Virus record (IMG/VR): IMGVR_UViG_3300046779_000565
Span: 1-36,665 of that record
Strand: one strand, 5' to 3'
From: a virus
Lineage: Duplodnaviria; Caudoviricetes
Length of the DNA: 36,665 bases
A program made the translations under genes and the position numbers. The notes below the pieces were generated by a model. The model did not search any database. It saw nothing but the letters and a program-made list of their open reading frames with translations, and was not told the DNA's origin. This document shows, piece by piece, positions 16,781-25,989 of the stretch; position 1 is the first letter of the stretch; every line of letters starts with the position of its first letter.

Positions 16781-18648
16781 TAATAGCCTCCTACACCAGC
16801 GAAAACTACATATGTTGGAGTAGCTGATGTTTTGATGACAGTAATATTGTAAATGTCATACAGGTTGCCCGAAATAGGTGCTGATCCACCTGACCAATTT
16901 ACTGTCTGTGCTGCACCACCTATTGATATGCCCGTGCAGTAAAAAGAGTTACCACTAGTGTTTTTGTTAATAAAAGCAAATGAACGGACATCATTTGTAT
17001 TCAATGATAAGTTAGTAAAGTTTATAGTAAAGTTACTAGAAGTATCAACTGTACACAATACAACACTAGATAAACTTGTATCATATGTATATGAAGTTGA
17101 AACAGGACCTGTAAATACTGATCGCTCAACTGCACCTAAAATGTTTGTAATAGAACTGGTACTTACATTAGTGATACTTAATGTATTAGTTAATTTATTA
17201 AAAGCAAAATTTGCTACGCCACCAAAAGTACTAGCATCATTAAATTGAACATAGGTATTTAAACCGCCAGGAGTGCCACCTGATGTTGAAACAGTATCCC
17301 AAGATAAATTACCTGCGCCATCAGTTTTCAAATAATAGTTTGCAGAACCACCTGAAATGTGTAAATTACCTACAGCGCCTAACGATACATTAGAACTATT
17401 GGTAAAGTTAACAACGCCATTGCTTGTTAAACTAGTTAAATTACCCAAACTAGTAATTGTTGGTTGTGCTGCGGTATAGACTGTACCAGCAATCAATGCA
17501 TTAGCTACTTGTCCTACAACATTACTACCACTAACAGAATATGAAACATTACTTGTATTAGCAATATTTGCTTGTTGTGCGTTTCCTGCGTTTAATGCAT
17601 ATGCTGCATTAGCTACGGTACCAGTAACATTGGCGCCTGTAATTGAACTTAATTGACTTCCATTTGCACTGATATTGCCTACTGTTAATAAGTTAGTTGT
17701 AGTATCGTATGTAAATTGGCTATTGGCACCAAAACTACCACTGTCATTAAATTGAACTTGTGTGTTTGTACCAGCTACAGTTGCTCCAGTAGCTTGTGCT
17801 ACCCAAGATAACGAACCTGATCCATCAGTTGCTAATACATAACCATTTGTACCACCAGTGATTGTTACATTACCTACTGCGCCTAAATCAGTATTTCCAG
17901 CTACTGTTACATCAGTAACATCAATGTTTGTGACAGTCAATAAACTGTTTGCTTCGTCAAATGTAAAACTACTATTTGCAGCAAAACCATATCCGCCATT
18001 GTATTGTACTTCACCTGTTAAACCTGCAGGCAAAGTACCACCTCCACCACTACTAGCTAACACATCTATGTCATCGCCAGCTTGTAAAGGTATATTGATT
18101 TGTAATGTGTCTGATGCAGTTTTTACATAGAATTCTGGTTCAATGTTAACACCATTTTTCATCACATTCATTTCTACATTTGAACCATATGTGCTCAAAT
18201 TGCTATTTGTGAATGTTTGATTGTTACCATTTACTGTAACATCAAAATGAATATAATCTGTGCCACTACCTGTTGTTGTAGGATCTATCCATGTTAAATC
18301 ACCAGAACCATTGGTAGCCAAAATAAAACCGCTATTGCCGCCATCGATGTGAACATTGCCAACATTACCTAAATAGCTAAGACCACCAACAGTTAGTGTA
18401 CCACTCATGTTAATGTTTTGTACAACATTAGAGCCATCTGTACCTGCATTTAAGAATGCTTCAACATTACTATTACCATATGGTTTAGTTGGACTTATTT
18501 CAGCTTGATTTGTATATAATGTGGTAAAGTTTCTATCAGGCACATTGGCAACAACTACATTGCCCGGTTGAGCATTATATAGTGTTGTTAAATTGTTTGC
18601 TGATACTGTTACATTTCCAGTGTAACCATATAGACTTGATGAACTCAT
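16780..18648 (-). CDS. Tail fibre stalk protein 1 (622 aa)
   Basis: Same repeat vocabulary as 13084..15426, plus YGNSNVEAFL and a C-terminal VNWSGGSAP...DIYNITVIK domain. Confidence 0.8.
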   Translation of the reverse strand: MSSSSLYGYTGNVTVSANNLTTLYNAQPGNVVVANVPDRNFTTLYTNQAEISPTKPYGNSNVEAFLNAGTDGSNVVQNINMSGTLTVGGLSYLGNVGNVHIDGGNSGFILATNGSGDLTWIDPTTTGSGTDYIHFDVTVNGNNQTFTNSNLSTYGSNVEMNVMKNGVNIEPEFYVKTASDTLQINIPLQAGDDIDVLASSGGGGTLPAGLTGEVQYNGGYGFAANSSFTFDEANSLLTVTNIDVTDVTVAGNTDLGAVGNVTITGGTNGYVLATDGSGSLSWVAQATGATVAGTNTQVQFNDSGSFGANSQFTYDTTTNLLTVGNISANGSQLSSITGANVTGTVANAAYALNAGNAQQANIANTSNVSYSVSGSNVVGQVANALIAGTVYTAAQPTITSLGNLTSLTSNGVVNFTNSSNVSLGAVGNLHISGGSANYYLKTDGAGNLSWDTVSTSGGTPGGLNTYVQFNDASTFGGVANFAFNKLTNTLSITNVSTSSITNILGAVERSVFTGPVSTSYTYDTSLSSVVLCTVDTSSNFTINFTNLSLNTNDVRSFAFINKNTSGNSFYCTGISIGGAAQTVNWSGGSAPISGNLYDIYNITVIKTSATPTYVVFAGVGGY

Positions 18649-18659
18649 ATTTTAAGTCC

Positions 18660-19847
18660 TTACTTAATGTTATATTGGCGATATTGTCTTGGTTGCCAAA
18701 CTGATGTTAGTCGTGTATGTCCACCACTCCATTTACCTAAATTGTTTTGATCTTCAACTGTAGCCATAGCTGCGTTAAACTTTGCTTCGTAAACTGCTGC
18801 ATCATCTTTGTTATGGCGTTTAATATAGTATTCACGCAATGAACCATAAACATAACCTTCGGGCCATGTTGCTAATACTGCGTTTGATTGAACTGTAATA
18901 TCTGTAATGTATACTCCAGTAACTGTACCATCACTAATACCTGTACCACTGATTGTAATTGTTGTGCTTGATGGTACCGCAGTAACAGTTACTGTGCCAC
19001 TTGTACCAAAATCACCAGTACCTGCTGTAGCCATTAATGTATCACCAACACTTACACTACTTGAATCATTTACAGTTAATGTTGCTGTTGTACCAGTAGA
19101 ACTTGAAACAGTTGCACTTGTGTCAATCAATTCATCATCTGCAGGACTGAATAACAATGGCCATGCTTTGTAGTAATACATGTTAATCAAGTCACCTTCA
19201 GCAACATATGGTAAGAATTCATAATATGCGCCTACTTCACTGAACTTACCACGAATAACTGCTGGGACATTAACTGGTTGCAAGTATAATTGTGCAATCA
19301 TGCTTTGTGTAATAATATCTCTGTCACCAATTCTATCGTACACGATCCAGGGCCCTGTTTGACTACTTGGGCTACCAGGACTACTTGTTTGAAATAACGC
19401 ATCACCAGAAACAGTACCAATGTTGTTTGCTGATAGTTGTACTACTGAATAATTAGGTCCTGGGAATGAAACGATTGTTGCCCCTGGAGCTATACCCGTT
19501 CCAGTAACTGTCATACCAACACTTAGACTTTTGTTTGGTGTAGTAATAATGTTGATTGTATCTTCACCATCTACTCCTGATACCTGTGCTGTAGTTAAGT
19601 ATTGTTGACCTTGTTTAAAGAACAGTATTGGTTTATTCATATCACCTGGAATCGGTATACGACCATTTGAATCTGCGATACCAATGTTTTCTGGACTATA
19701 TGGGTCGCATCGTAGTGCTGGCAATTCAATGTTACGCATTGACATTTCTGCCATAAAGATACATTTTTTAATTTCACTATCGTTACTTGAACCTGTGAAA
19801 TCTTTAATGAAATCTACTAAATCATTTGCTGAGGGTATTGTGAACAT
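18660..19847 (-). CDS. Head-tail adaptor (tail tubular A-like) with two inserted beta-rich modules (395 aa)
   Basis: N-terminal L...IKDF...I...IFMAE and C-terminal PEGYVYGSL...Y...F...M motifs; lies after the MCP. Confidence 0.7.
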   Translation of the reverse strand: MFTIPSANDLVDFIKDFTGSSNDSEIKKCIFMAEMSMRNIELPALRCDPYSPENIGIADSNGRIPIPGDMNKPILFFKQGQQYLTTAQVSGVDGEDTINIITTPNKSLSVGMTVTGTGIAPGATIVSFPGPNYSVVQLSANNIGTVSGDALFQTSSPGSPSSQTGPWIVYDRIGDRDIITQSMIAQLYLQPVNVPAVIRGKFSEVGAYYEFLPYVAEGDLINMYYYKAWPLLFSPADDELIDTSATVSSSTGTTATLTVNDSSSVSVGDTLMATAGTGDFGTSGTVTVTAVPSSTTITISGTGISDGTVTGVYITDITVQSNAVLATWPEGYVYGSLREYYIKRHNKDDAAVYEAKFNAAMATVEDQNNLGKWSGGHTRLTSVWQPRQYRQYNIK

Positions 19848-19859
19848 ATTGTTTCCTTA

Positions 19860-20420
19860 TTAACCTGTTCTGTTAGGGTATGGTACAGCTACTGGGATTG
19901 GTAATTTACCACCTGGGTAGCAGATGTATTCTGGGTATTCTCTTTGTACCACACGATAGAATTGAGCCTTCAATGTTCTATCTTGTTTGATAGCATTCCA
20001 GGGCATTCCACCAAAATACTGATCCGAAATTCGTATTGATATAACGAATGGTAATTCCATCCATTTATGTTGAAGTTTACCATCTTCACCAATTGGAGCT
20101 AAAGGATCAGGTATGCCAGCTTCTGCTGCTTCTCTGTAAAGTCTACAATGTTCTTTGATAGCATCAGTGTTTTGCTGTTCACGAGTGATGTAGAATTTAC
20201 CATCTTGTCTACCTGTAGTAACTTTGATGTTGTTACCTTTGTTCCAATCAGTTCTTTTCCAATCACCCTTCATATTTCGGTACAAGTTATCATTAGTTAA
20301 TAACTTGTCTGCCAGACCATTGTGATTATCAATCATACCGCCATTATCTTGGCGATAGAAATCATAATTCTTTTCTGGGTCTGAATCGTCTAAGTATTCG
20401 GGTTTATTATAGTCAATCAT
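19860..20420 (-). CDS. Hypothetical protein downstream of the MCP (186 aa), probably leaderless
   Basis: ACTAAATA lies 5 nt before the ATG, with no SD. Confidence 0.8.
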   Translation of the reverse strand: MIDYNKPEYLDDSDPEKNYDFYRQDNGGMIDNHNGLADKLLTNDNLYRNMKGDWKRTDWNKGNNIKVTTGRQDGKFYITREQQNTDAIKEHCRLYREAAEAGIPDPLAPIGEDGKLQHKWMELPFVISIRISDQYFGGMPWNAIKQDRTLKAQFYRVVQREYPEYICYPGGKLPIPVAVPYPNRTG

Positions 20421-20425
20421 ATATG

Positions 20426-20433
20426 TATTTAGT
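20426..20433 (-). promoter_or_regulatory. T4-late-like motif ACTAAATA re-initiating transcription after the capsid terminator
   Basis: Sits between the terminator hairpin and ATG 20420. Confidence 0.75.
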
Positions 20434-20440
20434 CTTAATG

Positions 20441-20464
20441 GAAAAGGGGCCTAAGCCCCTTTTC
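20441..20464 (-). terminator. Intrinsic terminator after the major capsid gene
   Basis: GAAAAGGGGC-TTAG-GCCCCTTTTC perfect hairpin with T-tract. Confidence 0.85.
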
Positions 20465-20486
20465 ATCGCATCTAATCCTTTTGAGA

Positions 20487-21659
20487 TTAGTAAGTGCTTC
20501 CGGCACCTGCGTTTGTACGAACGACCAAAGTGCTTGGGCGTGCGCCTGGTAGAGATGCTTGAGCGTCTGTACCTGCTTTGATGTTGTTAAGAACAGCAAC
20601 ACCAGCTGGGTTACGAACAATCAATGTACCTTCCATGATGAACTGATCCAATGAAGCGTCAGCGTTACTGAATACTTCGTTGTTAGGACCTAGATCACGC
20701 AATGAACCCCACTGAACAACATCTTCGTTCAAGAAGTAGATTTGGTCAGCAACACCAGACTGGTCCATGATCCATGAATCATAGATTTCGTATGTGTAGT
20801 TGAAGTCACCTTCGTAAGTAGCGATAGTATCACCACGCTCTGAATTGACACGGTTAATGCCACGAGATTGTGTGATGTTATCACTGATAGAAGTACGCAA
20901 TGATGTTGGAGCAACAACAGAACGAATCTTCGCATTGTAGCGTTGTTCAGCAACAGTTACCAATTGCTTGTACAATGCTGGTGAGAAGTATTGGTTTGTG
21001 AATGTACCAGTGTAGAACTGAGAACCATTACTCAACAATTCCAATGTGTCATCAGCAGTAGTAACTGAGTCTGTATCTTCGTTGTTTGTGTTGGTGTCTA
21101 AGTTTGTCAATGAACCAGAAGTTGTATTGAAAGATTGTGTACCTGCGAAAGCAGCTAATGAACCCATACGACGGCCAGTTTGACCACTTGGTAGACCTGA
21201 TGCTGTACCAGATTGACCAGCATATTTTGTACCGATTTGGTCAGCACGAACTAATTGTTGTTCTACATCGAACATCAATTCGATCAATTGCTTGACTTCT
21301 TGGTATGCTTGTGGGTCACCACCAGCTTGCATAACAGCACGAGCAGTACCAGAAGATGCGATTACTGTGCTGAAAATTTGAGTGTAGTTACCTAAGTTGT
21401 AACGGCTGTTAGATTCTGCTTGTGATGTAGAAACTGTAGCACCTTCAACTTGAGCTTGTACTGCAGGTAGACGATAAATGTCGTCTGACCATAATGGTAA
21501 AGTTGAGTTAACTTTACGCTTCTTTGACATTGCCATGTTTAAAACAGGGGTATCATCTTTAACGCGGTTAGACACATCTAGGTCTAAGTCTTTGACAACG
21601 ATATCAGAACCATATGCTGTTGTACCGTTACCAATTTGACTGGTTGTAATTTCTGCCAT
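20487..21659 (-). CDS. Major capsid protein (HK97 fold; DUF5309/SU10-like, 390 aa)
   Basis: DTP.L...W..D, NYTQIF...SGTA, DVEQQL, RRMG.L, EGTL.VRNP motifs. Strong SD AAGGAG; follows the scaffold and precedes a terminator. Confidence 0.9.
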   Translation of the reverse strand: MAEITTSQIGNGTTAYGSDIVVKDLDLDVSNRVKDDTPVLNMAMSKKRKVNSTLPLWSDDIYRLPAVQAQVEGATVSTSQAESNSRYNLGNYTQIFSTVIASSGTARAVMQAGGDPQAYQEVKQLIELMFDVEQQLVRADQIGTKYAGQSGTASGLPSGQTGRRMGSLAAFAGTQSFNTTSGSLTNLDTNTNNEDTDSVTTADDTLELLSNGSQFYTGTFTNQYFSPALYKQLVTVAEQRYNAKIRSVVAPTSLRTSISDNITQSRGINRVNSERGDTIATYEGDFNYTYEIYDSWIMDQSGVADQIYFLNEDVVQWGSLRDLGPNNEVFSNADASLDQFIMEGTLIVRNPAGVAVLNNIKAGTDAQASLPGARPSTLVVRTNAGAGSTY

Positions 21660-21687
21660 AATATTCTCCTTAAAATGTAATTAGGCT

Positions 21688-21695
21688 TATTTAAC
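21688..21695 (-). promoter_or_regulatory. Late-like motif GTTAAATA upstream of the MCP
   Basis: Overlaps the scaffold stop codon; weaker match. Confidence 0.45.
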
Positions 21696-22839
21696 GACCA
21701 CTTCTGATTTGCTTCAAACGAGCCATCAGTAAGTTGTCTCCGGCTTTTTTATCACCGGCTTTGGCTTGCTCACGGAGTTTGCTTAAATTATCATCTGAAC
21801 CACGATTTGTTGAAGAACCTTTACGACTAGTTAAAGCCGCCATACTAGAACCTGCAGGCTTACTTGTTGGTTTATCTCTATAGCGTAATCCATCTCTTAA
21901 CAAACTTAGTAATTTTTCATCACTAGTTATTAAGTCTAGGTTCTTTACGCCTGGAATTACTTCTTCACTAGATTGAGGCCATATCTTAGTTAGTTTATCA
22001 CGAATTTCATTAAAGACATATTCATTTTTTAATTCTTTATCTTCAAAGTTTTTACGATGATATTCTAAGCGTTCGTTAACTTGTTGTTGTCGAACTTTTC
22101 TAAATTCATCTACAGCAGGTTTAATCTGTCCGATAACTTCCTGTTGTTGACGAATATACTGCTCATTCTGTTGCATACTAGCTTGTATCCTTGCGATTTG
22201 TGCAGGATCATTAGTTTGCGCCAACTGCTGTTGAAATGTACTTTGATAATTCTGAACTTTCAGTATTTCATCGTATGCTTCTTTCAACTTAGGTTGAATA
22301 GTAAATTCCATTGCTAGAGTTAGACCTTCTTGTTTTGCCCTTGCTTCTTTTTGAAATTCATCAAATTCTGCTCGTTCAATTTTTAATTGTCTAGCATCCT
22401 CACTAATTGCTGCTCCCTGACCTAATATCGCTGCTGCCTTTTTAGCGTCAATTACAATTTCTTTTCCATTACGCATGAACTTGAACTTAGCGTTCGGGTT
22501 TGTTTCTGCAAATTCTAAGAAATCAATTAATTCTTCACTTGTTGAATCAGTACTTTCTGTGCTTACTTCTTCTGAAGGGCTATCAGTTTCTTGATCGGCT
22601 TCTGCAATATGTTCGTCAACGGTGTCAACAACTTCTGGCACAGCATCTGGTGCCACAGGGCTTGAATCTTCTGCCGAATTTTCACTACCTGTCTCAGTCT
22701 GCTCAGTAGGTCTAATTTGATTACGCAAGGTTTGTTCACGCATTGCGGTCATTTTAGATGCTATTGAATCTAAGCTAGGGACTGCGTTTGTTTCAGTGGC
22801 CGCAGCTGGGGTGCTGTTAGGGCTGATATTTTCTGTCAT
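21691..22839 (-). CDS. Capsid scaffolding protein (382 aa)
   Basis: Acidic disordered N-terminus, KFKFMRNGKEIVI motif, long coiled coil; lies between portal and MCP. Confidence 0.8.
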   Translation of the reverse strand: MTENISPNSTPAAATETNAVPSLDSIASKMTAMREQTLRNQIRPTEQTETGSENSAEDSSPVAPDAVPEVVDTVDEHIAEADQETDSPSEEVSTESTDSTSEELIDFLEFAETNPNAKFKFMRNGKEIVIDAKKAAAILGQGAAISEDARQLKIERAEFDEFQKEARAKQEGLTLAMEFTIQPKLKEAYDEILKVQNYQSTFQQQLAQTNDPAQIARIQASMQQNEQYIRQQQEVIGQIKPAVDEFRKVRQQQVNERLEYHRKNFEDKELKNEYVFNEIRDKLTKIWPQSSEEVIPGVKNLDLITSDEKLLSLLRDGLRYRDKPTSKPAGSSMAALTSRKGSSTNRGSDDNLSKLREQAKAGDKKAGDNLLMARLKQIRSGR

Positions 22840-22859
22840 TTCTATTTTCTTTCTTTAAA

Positions 22860-23201
22860 TTATTGGGCTTCGTCAATGTCGGAGTTACCAATTTTGTTTT
22901 TGTAAAAAACTGCTCTTTTCAATGTATTAATAAAATTATCAATACCTGTTAATTCATTACTCAATGCGATGCGTAACTGATTTTCTTCTGGTGTATGACC
23001 TCTGATATTACTCAATTGGTCGATTACCTCAAATTTGAATTGATGTACAAACATCGCAAAATCTTTATTAGTTAATAAGTTTTCTGCTTTGCTACCATGA
23101 TTTCTAATCTTGTCTTTTTGACTAGCTGATAAATCTTTGGTTTTTGTATAATCAAATGTTAATCTGTCGTTGAAGTATTCTATGCTATTCTCGTTTATCA
23201 T
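22860..23201 (-). CDS. Small helical protein following the portal (113 aa), probably leaderless
   Basis: A..LL....F pattern typical of post-portal proteins; TATAAATA lies 4 nt before the ATG. Confidence 0.75.
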   Translation of the reverse strand: MINENSIEYFNDRLTFDYTKTKDLSASQKDKIRNHGSKAENLLTNKDFAMFVHQFKFEVIDQLSNIRGHTPEENQLRIALSNELTGIDNFINTLKRAVFYKNKIGNSDIDEAQ

Positions 23202-23205
23202 ATTG

Positions 23206-23213
23206 TATTTATA
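23206..23213 (-). promoter_or_regulatory. Exact T4 late consensus TATAAATA
   Basis: Minus TATAAATA-CAAT-ATG in an 18-bp intergenic gap. Confidence 0.75.
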
Positions 23214-23219
23214 CCTATA

Positions 23220-25502
23220 TTAACTATAGACTTTTGGATTTCCTGCTGCTATTGCCATGTAGTCAAGTTGACTTTCAGCATCTTGACCGGATACTTCAGC
23301 CATAATCTGTTGACCTTTAATAGCATTTAATTGCGCTACACTCAAATCTTTCTTCTCTGCTGGAGTAGGTTCTTTTTGAGCCATAGCTTGTTTGCCTTGT
23401 TGAATCATCTGTGCGATTTCATCATCACTTGGTAAGTAAATGTCACAATCTTTAACTCCCAATACATATAATGTATCTGCAAATGGCTTCTTAACTTTCT
23501 GATATACTTCAGGAGTTAATGTACCTTGTGAAACCATTTGTTGTGTTGTAGCATACAAGTCACTTTGACATTTCTGGATAATCTGTAAACGACCCAATGC
23601 GTTTTCTTCACTCATCATACCAATTGCTAGTTCTAAGTGAATCTGTTTTCTATCGCAGAAGTTCATATCGTCCCATGCTTGATAGTCTAAGAACACAGGC
23701 TTACCATCTGGGTGATATAATTGTGCTAATTTCTTAACGCCATAATCATCGCCATACTGAATCAATGTACGCCATACTAACCAAATTGCTTCTTTTAATC
23801 CTTCTGCTGCATTGCGAACAGTATTGTCTTGAATGATTTGGTTTGGTGTCAATGCCATTTGAAGTTTAACACCACTGTTACCAGGCGCCATAACTTCTGG
23901 ATTGAATACATCTTGAGGTGTAGTCATACCAACCATAGCCATTGTATCTTGTTGGATACGGTTCATAGCAACTTCTAAGAATTGCAAGTTACCTGCTGGT
24001 GGGGGAATTTGATAAATGTCTTTTGATGGGTCAAACTTACTATCTAAAATAAAGATAGCTGCTTCGCCATCTTGTAACATTTCAAAATCAAGTCTATCAG
24101 GTTTAACACCGATTCTAGGTGTTGCAGTCAGTAGCCCCAACTGAATCTCGGCTCTAGCTGCTGATGTGTTATATTCCTGCATTGGAATAACAGATTCAGC
24201 GATTGACATTCCATAGAAGTTACCTGGCAATGGTTTCGGACACATGTTTGCTACTGGAATGAATTCAACCTCTCTAGCGGAGATAATGTATGAACCAGAA
24301 TAGATAATTTCTACTAATTCAAGTTCACCATCGCCATCAATGTCATATTTGTTCCATACCGTTACTACAGATACTTGTCTTGAATCTGGGTCAGCACTTG
24401 CTGCTGAACTAACAGGTATACCCATGACAGGGACTGAATCTCTAGCGTGAATTGCTAAGTTGTTTAATACTGAACCTGCTTGATAAGCACCGTTCATATT
24501 ATATTCTGCAAACTGTTCAAATTCTTCCAAGTTGATGCCTGGATATAAATCACATGCTTCTTGAATTGTCATTGGATCATAGTAACCACAGAATGGTTGA
24601 TCTTTCATTTCTGGTACTGTAGGATCACAAATCCAATAGTGTTGTGCGATTGGGTGAAACTTAATGTTGATACCATGACCTGTTAATTTGTATTTTGCCT
24701 GGTAGATTGTGTTTCTATTGATAGCATCAGCCATCATTTGTTGTTCACCATCAAGTAGTTGTTGATCCATTCCACTTGTTGTTGATTCCATTACTGAATC
24801 CATATCATCTGGATTAGTATCGCCTAATCGGTTAACAAATTCGTTAACCATATTTTCAGCCATTTGCTGTTCAAATTGTTTGCCAGCGCCTTTTAATTCG
24901 TTCCATACTCGTTCGATTTCAACACGAACTCTGCGCTTACTTTGCTTCAATACAGTTAAGCCTGCTTCAAATGCTTGTTGCTCAAATGCACGAAGTTGGT
25001 CACTTGTACCTTGCGTTTCAACATAACGAGTGATTTGCTCTCTTACCGGCTTAATCATCATCATGCCGTTTTTGTGCATGTTTGCATCCATAATCCAACG
25101 CTCTAAAATAAAGTGTGGATCATTCATTTGATTGACAACTTTACTGACCATATCAGTAGCTTGTCTTGCTGCTTCTTCATCAGATTCGGTATCAGCTACA
25201 AACTCAAAGTTGATTTCGCCATTGGGCATTAAGCCTTTCGCAATAACAGCAGTAGCATAGTCAACAACTGGTTTAACTGAGGGGTGTATATAGTCAATAC
25301 CATTAACTGGTGCTGTACTATCTGTGACAGCAAGACAGAGGTAATGATAATCGCTTGCACGGTTAACAGCATTTTTAGTTCCTAAGTATCGTAGATACGA
25401 CGCCATTTTCGTATCCATCATGTTCTTCATTCTGACAAAATTACTGTTTATTTTTCTATTTTTGTTAATTTTGTCAATTGGGATATTTTTTATATCAAGC
25501 AT
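23220..25502 (-). CDS. Portal protein (P22/SU10-like, 760 aa)
   Basis: DEEAARQAT, DIDGDGELE, FYGMSIAE.VIPMQ motifs; size and position after TerL. Confidence 0.9.
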   Translation of the reverse strand: MLDIKNIPIDKINKNRKINSNFVRMKNMMDTKMASYLRYLGTKNAVNRASDYHYLCLAVTDSTAPVNGIDYIHPSVKPVVDYATAVIAKGLMPNGEINFEFVADTESDEEAARQATDMVSKVVNQMNDPHFILERWIMDANMHKNGMMMIKPVREQITRYVETQGTSDQLRAFEQQAFEAGLTVLKQSKRRVRVEIERVWNELKGAGKQFEQQMAENMVNEFVNRLGDTNPDDMDSVMESTTSGMDQQLLDGEQQMMADAINRNTIYQAKYKLTGHGINIKFHPIAQHYWICDPTVPEMKDQPFCGYYDPMTIQEACDLYPGINLEEFEQFAEYNMNGAYQAGSVLNNLAIHARDSVPVMGIPVSSAASADPDSRQVSVVTVWNKYDIDGDGELELVEIIYSGSYIISAREVEFIPVANMCPKPLPGNFYGMSIAESVIPMQEYNTSAARAEIQLGLLTATPRIGVKPDRLDFEMLQDGEAAIFILDSKFDPSKDIYQIPPPAGNLQFLEVAMNRIQQDTMAMVGMTTPQDVFNPEVMAPGNSGVKLQMALTPNQIIQDNTVRNAAEGLKEAIWLVWRTLIQYGDDYGVKKLAQLYHPDGKPVFLDYQAWDDMNFCDRKQIHLELAIGMMSEENALGRLQIIQKCQSDLYATTQQMVSQGTLTPEVYQKVKKPFADTLYVLGVKDCDIYLPSDDEIAQMIQQGKQAMAQKEPTPAEKKDLSVAQLNAIKGQQIMAEVSGQDAESQLDYMAIAAGNPKVYS

Positions 25503-25525
25503 GGTTTAAAGACCCTTTTAATCTA

Positions 25526-25687
25526 TTATTTATCGTTTTCAATTTGGTCTTTTTCAGTCGTTTTCTTGTCGTTATGTTCTTCTTTAATGGCTTTTTCTTT
25601 GTCTTTTTTACCAAAGATTCTGTCCCAAGACTTAGCAAACTCTTTCTGGTCAACTTCAAACGGCCTAGCGCGGCTACCTTTACCCAT
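25526..25687 (-). CDS. Small conserved-type phage protein (53 aa, MGKGSRARPFEVDQKEFAKSWDRIFGKK...)
   Basis: SD GAGGAG and a recognisable GKGS..RP.....F...WDRIF pattern; replaces track ORF 25495..25737. Confidence 0.75.
   Translation of the reverse strand: MGKGSRARPFEVDQKEFAKSWDRIFGKKDKEKAIKEEHNDKKTTEKDQIENDK
25527..25534 (-). promoter_or_regulatory. Late-like motif GATAAATA upstream of the portal
   Basis: Encoded by the final codons GAT AAA TAA of the 53-aa gene, 24 nt before the portal ATG. Confidence 0.55.
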
Positions 25688-25697
25688 GTATTTCTCC

Positions 25698-25979
25698 TCA
25701 TTCGTATTTTAATATAAAAAATGTCTTTTCTGGACAATCTGTAGGATATAGTTCATTAGCTACATCTCTAACACTATTGAATTCTTTTCCATCAATTACC
25801 CATTTAGGTTTTGGCTTCATCATAGCTTGATTATATTGCTGAGCCAACATATTTTGTGCTTGTTGACTATTGTAACCATTCAGCATACCTTGATAATTTG
25901 ATTGTCCCATATTTTGATTGTTATGTGCGTTCCCATATGTAAACGAACCACCTAACATACTTCCTAAACTTCCAAACAT
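25698..25979 (-). CDS. Hypothetical protein (93 aa)
   Basis: SD AAGGA; N/Q-rich N-terminus and a W.IDGKEF C-terminal domain. Confidence 0.7.
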   Translation of the reverse strand: MFGSLGSMLGGSFTYGNAHNNQNMGQSNYQGMLNGYNSQQAQNMLAQQYNQAMMKPKPKWVIDGKEFNSVRDVANELYPTDCPEKTFFILKYE

Positions 25980-25989
25980 TTCTATTCCT

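Noticed and set aside
16772-16783. 12-mer TAATGGCATTAA shared with the sRNA loop (10823-10834) as a self target
   Set aside because: Same orientation as the RNA, so it cannot pair with that mRNA; it is AT-rich and likely chance.
11090-18648. Diversity-generating retroelement or invertible fibre cassette
   Set aside because: No reverse transcriptase, no TR/VR pair and no invertase; the repeats are degenerate protein repeats.
25495-25737. Track ORF of 80 aa (K-rich)
   Set aside because: An alternative frame, 25526..25687, has SD GAGGAG and a recognisable phage motif; this one is a shadow.
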